Below, in pieces: positions 1-10,100 of a DNA stretch of 64,000 bases (the first letter of the stretch is position 1; each line of letters starts with the position of its first letter). Position numbers and translations under genes: made by a program. Source of the stretch: the human T2T-CHM13v2.0 reference genome, Homo sapiens; assembly GCF_009914755.1 (NCBI RefSeq), contig NC_060946.1; one strand, given 5' to 3'. The notes below the pieces were generated by a model. That model saw only the letters and a list, made by a program, of their open reading frames with translations, was not told the DNA's origin and ran no database searches.

Positions 1-62
1 ACTTGAATGCACACATCACAAAGAAGTTTCTGAGGATGCTGCTGTCTACTTTTTATACGTAA

Positions 63-79
63 TCCCGTTTCCAACGAAA
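63..79 (-). other. CENP-B box 1 of HOR (recurs in every HOR)
   Basis: tcccgtttccaacgaaa is the reverse complement of TTTCGTTGGAAACGGGA, which matches the functional consensus NTTCGNNNNANNCGGGN. Confidence 0.97.
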
Positions 80-233
80 TCCTCCAAGCTATCCAAATAT
101 CCACTTGCAGATTCCACAGAAAGACTGTTTCAAAACTGCTCTGTCAATAGAAAGGTTCAACTCTGTTAGCTGCGTGCATATATCCCAAAGAAGATTCTGA
201 GATTCCTTCTGTCTAGTTTTTATGGGAAGATAT

Positions 234-250
234 TTCCCTTTTCACCGTAG
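234..250 (+). other. pJalpha-type motif of an A-type monomer (homologous sites at 576, 918 and 1260; recurs in every HOR)
   Basis: ttcccttttcaccgtag lies 171 bp from box 1 at the equivalent monomer position and resembles the pJalpha consensus TTCCTTTTYCACCRTAG. The site at 1260 reads ttcctttctcaccatag. Confidence 0.75.
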
Positions 251-404
251 GCGTCAAGGCGCTCCAAATGTCCACTTCCAGATACTACAAAAAGAGTGTT
301 TCAAACCTACTCTGTGAAAGGGAATATTCAACTCTGTGACTTGAATGCACATATCACAAAGAAGTTTCTGAGAATGCTTCTGTCGAGATTTTATATGAAG
401 ATAT

Positions 405-421
405 TCCCGTTTCCAACGAAA
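405..421 (-). other. CENP-B box 2 of HOR (recurs in every HOR)
   Basis: Exact tcccgtttccaacgaaa, 342 bp after box 1. Confidence 0.97.
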
Positions 422-746
422 TCCTGAAATCTATCCAAATATCCCCTCGCAGATTCTACAAAAAGAGTGTTTCAAAACTGCTCTGTAAAAAGAAAGGTTC
501 AACTCTGTTAGTTGAGTACACACATCACAAACAAGTTTCACAGAATGCTTCTTTCTAGCTTGTAGGGGAAGATATTCCCTTTATCACCATGGTCCTCAAA
601 CCGTCCGAAACGTCCACTTCCATATACTACAAAAAGAGCGTTTCAAACCTGCTCTAGGAAAGGCAATGTTCAACTCTGTGACTTGAATGCAGACATCACA
701 GAACAGTTTCTGAGAATGCTTCTGTCTAGATTTTATAGGAAGATAT

Positions 747-763
747 TCCCGTTTCCAACGAAA
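747..763 (-). other. CENP-B box 3 of HOR (recurs in every HOR)
   Basis: Exact tcccgtttccaacgaaa, 342 bp after box 2. Confidence 0.97.
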
Positions 764-1088
764 TCTTCACAGCTATCCAAATATCCACTTGCAGATTCTA
801 CAAAAAGAGTGTATCAAAACTGCTCTGTCAAAAGGAAGGTTCTTCTCTGTTAGGTGAGTGCATACGTCATAAAGGAGTTTCTGAGAATGTTTCTGTCTAG
901 TGGTTATGGGAAGATATTTGCTTTTTCACCGTAGGCCTCAGAGCGCTCCAAATATCCACTTGCACATACTACAAAAAGAGTGCCTCAAAGCTGCTCTCTG
1001 AAACGGAATGTTCAACTCTATGAGTTGAATGCAAACATCACAAAGACGTTTCTGAGAATGCTTCTGTCTAGATTTGATATGAAGATAT

Positions 1089-1105
1089 TCCCGTTTCCAA
1101 CGAAA
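1089..1105 (-). other. CENP-B box 4 of HOR (recurs in every HOR)
   Basis: Exact tcccgtttccaacgaaa, 342 bp after box 3. Confidence 0.97.
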
Positions 1106-4100
1106 TCTTCAAATCTATCCAAATGTCCACTTGCAGATTCAACAAAAAGTGTTTTTCAGAACTGCTCTATCAAAAGAAAGATCCACCTCTGTTAGCTGAG
1201 TTCACACATCACAAACAAGTTTATGAGAATGCTTCTGTCTAGTTTTTATTTGAAGATATTTCCTTTCTCACCATAGACCTGAAAGCTGTCCTAATGTTCA
1301 CTTCCAGATACTACAGAAAGAGTGTTTCAAAACTGCTGTACGAAAGGGAATGTTCAACTCTGTGACTTGAATGCACACATCACAAAGAAGTTTCTGAGGA
1401 TGCTGCTGTCTACTTTTTATACGTAATCCCGTTTCCAACGAAATCCTCCAAGCTATCCAAATATCCACTTGCAGATTCCACAGAAAGACTGTTTCAAAAC
1501 TGCTCTGTCAATAGAAAGGTTCAACTCTGTTAGCTGCGTGCATATATCCCAAAGAAGATTCTGAGATTGCTTCTGTCTAGTTTTTATGGGAAGATATTTC
1601 CCTTTTCACCGTAGGCGTCAAGGCGCTCCAAATGTCCACTTCCAGATACTACAAAAAGAGTGTTTCAAACCTACTCTGTGAAAGCGAATATTCAACTCTG
1701 TGACTTGAATGCACATATCACAAAGAAGTTTCTGAGAATGCTTCTGTCGAGATTTTATATGAAGATATTCCCGTTTCCAACGAAATCCTGAAATCTATCC
1801 AAATATCCCCTCGCAGATTCTACAAAAAGAGTGTTTCAAAACTGCTCTGTAAAAAGAAAGGTTCAACTCTGTTAGTTGAGTACACACATCACAAACAAGT
1901 TTCACAGAATGCTTCTTTCTAGCTTGTAGGGGAAGATATTCCCTTTATCACCATGGGCCTCCAACCGTCCGAAACGTCCACTTCCATATACTACCAAAAG
2001 AGCGTTTAAACCTGCTCTAGGAAAGGCAATGTTCAACTCTGTGACTTGAATGCAGACATCACAGAGCAGTTTCTGAGAATGCTTCTGTCTAGATTTTATA
2101 GGAAGATATTCCCGTTTCCAACGAAATCTTCACAGCTATCCAAATATCCACTTGCAGATTCTACAAAAAGAGTGTATCAAAACTGCTCTGTCAAAAGGAA
2201 GGTTCTTCTCTGTTAGGTGAGTGCATACGTCATAAAGGAGTTTCTGAGAATGTTTCTGTCTAGTGGTTATGGGAAGATATTTGCTTTTTCACCGTAGGCC
2301 TCAGAGCGCTCCAAATATCCACTTGCACATACTACAAAAAGAGTGCCTCAAAGCTGCTCTCTGAAACGGAATGTTCAACTCTATGAGTTGAATGCAAACA
2401 TCACAAAGACGTTTCTGAGAATGCTTCTGTCTAGATTTGATATGAAGATATTCCCGTTTCCAACGAAATCTTCAAATCTATCCAAATGTCCACTTGCAGA
2501 TTCAACAAAAAGTGTTTTTCAGAACTGCTCTATCAAAAGAAAGATCCACCTCTGTTAGCTGAGTTCACACATCACAAACAAGTTTATGAGAATGCTTCTG
2601 TCTAGTTTTTATTTGAAGATATTTCCTTTCTCACCATAGACCTGAAAGCTGTCCTAATGTTCACTTCCAGATACTACAGAAAGAGTGTTTCAAAACTGCT
2701 GTACGAAAGGGAATGTTCAACTCTGTGACTTGAATGCACACATCACAAAGAAGTTTCTGAGGATGCTGCTGTCTACTTTTTATACGTAATCCCGTTTCCA
2801 ACGAAATCCTCCAAGCTATCCAAATATCCACTTGCAGATTCCACAGAAAGACTGTTTCAAAACTGCTCTGTCAATAGAAAGGTTCAACTCTGTTAGCTGC
2901 GTGCATATATCCCAAAGAAGATTCTGAGATTGCTTCTGTCTAGTTTTTATGGGAAGATATTTCCCTTTTCACCGTAGGCGTCAAGGCGCTCCAAATGTCC
3001 ACTTCCAGATACTACAAAAAGAGTGTTTCAAACCTACTCTGTGAAAGGGAATATTCAACTCTGTGACTTGAATGCACATATCACAAAGAAGTTTCTGAGA
3101 ATGCTTCTGTCGAGATTTTATATGAAGATATTCCCGTTTCCAACGAAATCCTGAAATCTATCCAAATATCCCCTCGCAGATTCTACAAAAAGAGTGTTTC
3201 AAAACTGCTCTGTAAAAAGAAAGGTTCAACTCTGTTAGTTGAGTACACACATCACAAACAAGTTTCACAGAATGCTTCTTTCTAGCTTGTAGGGGAAGAT
3301 ATTCCCTTTATCACCATGGGCCTCCAACCGTCCGAAACGTCCACTTCCATATACTACAAAAAGAGCGTTTCAAACCTGCTCTATGAAAGGCAATGTTCAA
3401 CTCTGTGACTTGAATGCAGACATCACAGAGCAGTTTCTGAGAATGCTTCTGTCTAGATTTTATAGGAAGATATTCCCGTTTCCAACGAAATCTTCACAGC
3501 TATCCAAATATCCACTTGCAGATTCTACAAAAAGAGTGTATCAAAACTGCTCTGTCAAAAGGAAGGTTCTTCTCTGTTAGGTGAGTGCATACGTCATAAA
3601 GGAGTTTCTGAGAATGTTTCTGTCTAGTGGTTATGGGAAGATATTTGCTTTTTCACCGTAGGCCTCAGAGCGCTCCAAATATCCACTTGCACATACTACA
3701 AAAAGAGTGCCTCAAAGCTGCTCTTTGAAACGGAATGTTCAACTCTATGAGTTGAATGCAAACATCACAAAGACGTTTCTGAGAATGCTTCTGTCTAGAT
3801 TTGATATGAAGATATTCCCGTTTCCAACGAAATCTTCAAATCTATCCAAATGTCCACTTGCAGATTCAACAAAAAGTGTTTTTCAGAACTGCTCTATCAA
3901 AAGAAAGATCCACATCTGTTAGCTGAGTTCACACATCACAAACAAGTTTATGAGAATGCTTCTGTCTAGTTTTTATTTGAAGATATTTCCTTTCTCACCA
4001 TAGACCTGAAAGCTGTCCTAATGTTCACTTCCAGATACTACAGAAAGAGTGTTTCAAAACTGCTGTATGAAAGGGAATGTTCAACTCTGTGACTTGAATG

Positions 4101-7100
4101 CACACATCACAAAGAAGTTTCTGAGGATGCTGCTGTCTACTTTTTATATGTAATCCCGTTTCCAACGAAATCCTCCAAGCTATCCAAATATCCACTTGCA
4201 GATTCCACAGAAAGACTGTTTCAAAACTGCTCTGTCAATAGAAAGGTTCAACTCTGTTAGCTGCGTGCATATATCCCAAAGAAGATTCTGAGATTGCTTC
4301 TGTCTAGTTTTTATGGGAAGATATTTCCCTTTTCACCGTAGGCGTCAAGGCGCTCCAAATGTCCACTTCCAGATACTACAAAAAGAGTGTTTCAAACCTA
4401 CTCTGTGAAAGGGAATATTCAACTCTGTGACTTGAATGCACATATCACAAAGAAGTTTCTGAGAATGCTTCTGTCGAGATTTTATATGAAGATATTCCCG
4501 TTTCCAACGAAATCCTGAAATCTATCCAAATATCCCCTCGCAGATTCTACAAAAAGAGTGTTTCAAAACTGCTCTGTAAAAAGAAAGGTTCAACTCTGTT
4601 AGTTGAGTACACACATCACAAACAAGTTTCACAGAATGCTTCTTTCTAGCTTGTAGGGGAAGATATTCCCTTTATCACCATGGGCCTCCAACCGTCCGAA
4701 ACGTCCACTTCCATATACTACAAAAAGAGCGTTTCAAACCTGCTCTAGGAAAGGCAATGTTCAACTCTGTGACTTGAATGCAGACATCACAGAGCAGTTT
4801 CTGAGAATGCTTCTGTCTAGATTTTATAGGAAGATATTCCCGTTTCCAACGAAATCTTCACAGCTATCCAAATATCCACTTGCAGATTCTACAAAAAGAG
4901 TGTATCAAAACTGCTCTGTCAAAAGGAAGGTTCTTCTCTGTTAGGTGAGTGCATACGTCATAAAGGAGTTTCTGAGAATGTTTCTGTCTAGTGGTTATGG
5001 GAAGATATTTGCTTTTTCACCGTAGGCCTCAGAGCGCTCCAAATATCCACTTGCACATACTACAAAAAGAGTGCCTCAAAGCTGCTCTCTGAAACGGAAT
5101 GTTCAACTCTATGAGTTGAATGCAAACATCACAAAGACGTTTCTGAGAATGCTTCTGTCTAGATTTGATATGAAGATATTCCCGTTTCCAACGAAATCTT
5201 CAAATCTATCCAAATGTCCACTTGCAGATTCAACAAAAAGTGTTTTTCAGAACTGCTCTATCAAAAGAAAGATCCACCTCTGTTAGCTGAGTTCACACAT
5301 CACAAACAAGTTTATGAGAATGCTTCTGTCTAGTTTTTATTTGAAGATATTTCCTTTCTCACCATAGACCTGAAAGCTGTCCTAATGTTCACTTCCAGAT
5401 ACTACAGAAAGAGTGTTTCAAAACTGCTGTACGAAAGGGAATGTTCAACTCTGTGACTTGAATGCACACATCACAAAGAAGTTTCTGAGGATGCTGCTGT
5501 CTACTTTTTATACGTAATCCCGTTTCCAACGAAATCCTCCAAGCTATCCAAATATCCACTTGCAGATTCCACAGAAAGACTGTTTCAAAACTGCTCTGTC
5601 AATAGAAAGGTTCAACTCTGTTAGCTGCGTGCATATATCCCAAAGAAGATTCTGAGATTGCTTCTGTCTAGTTTTTATGGGAAGATATTTCCCTTTTCAC
5701 CGTAGGCGTCAAGGCGCTCCAAATGTCCACTTCCAGATACTACAAAAAGAGTGTTTCAAACCTACTCTGTGAAAGCGAATATTCAACTCTGTGACTTGAA
5801 TGCACATATCACAAAGAAGTTTCTGAGAATGCTTCTGTCGAGATTTTATATGAAGATATTCCCGTTTCCAACGAAATCCTGAAATCTATCCAAATATCCC
5901 CTCGCAGATTCTACAAAAAGAGTGTTTCAAAACTGCTCTGTAAAAAGAAAGGTTCAACTCTGTTAGTTGAGTACACACATCACAAACAAGTTTCACAGAA
6001 TGCTTCTTTCTAGCTTGTAGGGGAAGATATTCCCTTTATCACCATGGGCCTCCAACCGTCCGAAACGTCCACTTCCATATACTACCAAAAGAGCGTTTCA
6101 AACCTGCTCTAGGAAAGGCAATGTTCAACTCTGTGACTTGAATGCAGACATCACAGAGCAGTTTCTGAGAATGCTTCTGTCTAGATTTTATAGGAAGATA
6201 TTCCCGTTTCCAACGAAATCTTCACAGCTATCCAAATATCCACTTGCAGATTCTACAAAAAGAGTGTATCAAAACTGCTCTGTCAAAAGGAAGGTTCTTC
6301 TCTGTTAGGTGAGTGCATACGTCATAAAGGAGTTTCTGAGAATGTTTCTGTCTAGTGGTTATGGGAAGATATTTGCTTTTTCACCGTAGGCCTCAGAGCG
6401 CTCCAAATATCCACTTGCACATACTACAAAAAGAGTGCCTCAAAGCTGCTCTCTGAAACGGAATGTTCAACTCTATGAGTTGAATGCAAACATCACAAAG
6501 ACGTTTCTGAGAATGCTTCTGTCTAGATTTGATATGAAGATATTCCCGTTTCCAACGAAATCTTCAAATCTATCCAAATGTCCACTTGCAGATTCAACAA
6601 AAAGTGTTTTTCAGAACTGCTCTATCAAAAGAAAGATCCACCTCTGTTAGCTGAGTTCACACATCACAAACAAGTTTATGAGAATGCTTCTGTCTAGTTT
6701 TTATTTGAAGATATTTCCTTTCTCACCATAGACCTGAAAGCTGTCCTAATGTTCACTTCCAGATACTACAGAAAGAGTGTTTCAAAACTGCTGTACGAAA
6801 GGGAATGTTCAACTCTGTGACTTGAATGCACACATCACAAAGAAGTTTCTGAGGATGCTGCTGTCTACTTTTTATACGTAATCCCGTTTCCAACGAAATC
6901 CTCCAAGCTATCCAAATATCCACTTGCAGATTCCACAGAAAGACTGTTTCAAAACTGCTCTGTCAATAGAAAGGTTCAACTCTGTTAGCTGCGTGCATAT
7001 ATCCCAAAGAAGATTCTGAGATTGCTTCTGTCTAGTTTTTATGGGAAGATATTTCCCTTTTCACCGTAGGCGTCAAGGCGCTCCAAATGTCCACTTCCAG

Positions 7101-10100
7101 ATACTACAAAAAGAGTGTTTCAAACCTACTCTGTGAAAGGGAATATTCAACTCTGTGACTTGAATGCACATATCACAAAGAAGTTTCTGAGAATGCTTCT
7201 GTCGAGATTTTATATGAAGATATTCCCGTTTCCAACGAAATCCTGAAATCTATCCAAATATCCCCTCGCAGATTCTACAAAAAGAGTGTTTCAAAACTGT
7301 TCTGTAAAAAGAAAGGTTCAACTCTGTTAGTTGAGTACACACATCACAAACAAGTATCACAGAATGCTTCTTTCTAGCTTGTAGGGGAAGATATTCCCTT
7401 TATCACCATGGGCCTCAAACCGTCCGAAACGTCCACTTCCATATACTTCAAAAAGAGCGTTTCAAACCTGCTCTATGAAAGGCAATGTTCAACTCTGTGA
7501 CTTGAATGCAGACATCACAGAGCTGTTTATGAGAATGCTTCTGTCTAGATTTTATAGGATGATATTCCCGTTTCCAACGAAATCTTCACAGCTATCCAAA
7601 TATCCACTTGCAGATTCTACAAAAAGAGTGTATCCAAACTGCTCTGGCAAAAGGAAGGTTCTTCTCTGTTAGGTGAGTGCATACGTCATAAAGGAGTTTC
7701 TGAGAATGTTTCTGTCTAGTGGTTATGGGAAGATATTTGCTTTTTCACCATAGGCCTCAGAGCGCTCCAAATATCCACTTGCACATACTACAAAAAGAGT
7801 GCCTCAAAGCTGCTCTCTGAAATGGAATGTTCAACTCTATGAGTTGAATGCAAACATCACAAAGACGTTTCTGAGAATGCTTCTGTCTAGATTTGATATG
7901 AAGATATTCCCGTTTCCAACGAAATCTTCAAATCTATCCAAATGTCCACTTGCAGATTCAACAAAAAGTGTTTTTCAGAACTGCTCTATCAAAAGAAAGA
8001 TCCACCTCTGTTAGCTGAGTTCACACATCCAAACAAGTTTATGAGAATGCTTCTGTCTAGTTTTTATTTGAAGATATTTCCTTTCTCACCATAGACCTGA
8101 AAGCTGTCCTAATGTTCACTTCCAGATACTACAGAAAGAGTGTTTAAAAACTGCTGTACGAAAGGGAATGTTCAACTCTGTGACTTGAATGCACACATCA
8201 CAAAGAAGTTTCTGAGGATGCTGCTGTCTACTTTTTATACGTAATCCCGTTTCCAACGAAATCCTCCAAGCTATCCAAATATCCACTTGCAGATTCCACA
8301 GAAAGACTGTTTCAAAACTGCTCTGTCAATAGAAAGGTTCAACTCTGTTAGCTGCGTGCATATATCCCAAAGAAGATTCTGAGATTGCTTCTGTCTAGTT
8401 TTTATGGGAAGATATTTCCCTTTTCACCGTAGGCGTCAAGGCGCTCCAAATGTCCACTTCCAGATACTACAAAAAGAGTGTTTCAAACCTACTCTGTGAA
8501 AGCGAATATTCAACTGTGTGACTTTAATGCACATATCACAAAGAAGTTTCTGAGAATGCTTCTGTCGAGATTTTATATGAAGATATTCCCGTTTCCAACG
8601 AAATCCTGAAATCTATCCAAATATCCCCTCGCAGATTCTACAAAAAGAGTGTTTCAAAACTGCTCTGTAAAAAGAAAGGTTCAACTCTGTTAGTTGAGTA
8701 CACACATCACAAACAAGTTTCACAGAATGCTTCTTTCTAGCTTGTAGGGGAAGATATTCCCTTTCTCACCATGGGCCTCCAACCGTCCGAAACATCCACT
8801 TCCATATACTACAAAAAGAGCGTTTCAAACCTGCTCTATGAAAGGCAATGTTCAACTCTGTGACTTGAATGCAGACATCACAGAGCAGTTTCTGAGAATG
8901 CTTCTGTCTAGATTTTATAGGAAGATATTCCCGTTTCCAACGAAATCTTCACAGCTATCCAAATATCCACTTGCAGATTCTACAAAAAGAGTGTATCAAA
9001 ACTGCTCTGTCAAAAGGAAGGTTCTTCTCTGTTAGGTGAGTGCATACGTCAAAAAGGAGTTTCTGAGAATGTTTCTGTCTAGTGGTTATGGGAAGATATT
9101 TGCTTTTTCACCGTAGGCCTCAGAGCGCTCCAAATATCCCCTTGCACATACTACAAAAAGAGTGCCTCAAAGCTGCTCTCTGAAACGGAATGTTCAACTC
9201 TATGAGTTGAATGCAAACATCACAAAGACGTTTCTGAGAATGCTTCTGTCTAGATTTGATATGAAGATATTCCCGTTTCCAACGAAATCTTCAAATCTAT
9301 CCAAATGTCCACTTGCAGATTCAACAAAAAGTGTTTTTCAGAACTGCTCTATCAAAAGAAAGATCCACCTCTGTTAGCTGAGTTCACACATCACAAACAA
9401 GTTTATGAGAATGCTTCTGTCTAGTTTTTATTTGAAGATATTTCCTTTCTCACCATAGACCTGAAAGCTGTCCTAATGTTCACTTCCAGATACTACAGAA
9501 AGAGTGTTTCAAAACTGCTGTACGAAAGGGAATGTTCAACTCTGTGACTTGAATGCACACATCACAAAGAAGTTTCTGAGGATGCTGCTGTCTACTTTTT
9601 ATACGTAATCCCGTTTCCAACGAAATCCTCCAAGCTATCCAAATATCCACTTGCAGATTCCACAGAAAGACTGTTTCAAAACTGCTCTGTCAATAGAAAG
9701 GTTCAACTCTGCTAACTGCGTGCATATATCCCAAAGAAGATTCTGAGATTGCTTCTGTCTAGTTTTTATGGGAAGATATTTCCCTTTTCACCGTAGGCGT
9801 CAAGGCGCTCCAAATGTCCACTTCCAGATACTACAAAAAGAGTGTTTCAAACCTACTCTGTGAAAGGGAATATTCAACTCTGTGACTTGAATGCAGATAT
9901 CACAAAGAAGTTTCTGAGAATGCTTCTGTCGAGATTTTATATGAAGATATTCCCGTTTCCAACGAAATCCTGAAATCTATCCAAATATCCCCTCGCAGAT
10001 TCTACAAAAAGAGTGTTTCAAAACTGCTCTGTAAAAAGAAAGGTTCAACTCTGTTAGTTGAGTACACACATCACAAACAAGTTTCACAGAATGCTTCTTT

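Larger units (their letters stand above)
1..1364 (-). repeat. Representative HOR unit: 7 x 171 bp + 1 x 167 bp monomers, dimeric A/B organisation; tentatively the SF2 chr14/chr22 8-mer (D14Z9/D22Z1)
   Basis: Seen: CENP-B boxes start at 63, 405, 747, 1089 and 1427 (spacings 342, 342, 342, 338), and 8x171-4 = 1364. Established: alternating box/no-box monomers mark the dimeric suprachromosomal families, and the human chr14/22 active HOR is an 8-mer. The chromosome call is inference; no alignment was run. Confidence 0.6.

Noticed and set aside
851-860. Splice-donor-like AGGTGAGT once per HOR
   Set aside because: It matches the 5' splice consensus but is a variant of the monomer motif ttag(t/c)tgagt, with no exon or transcript evidence.
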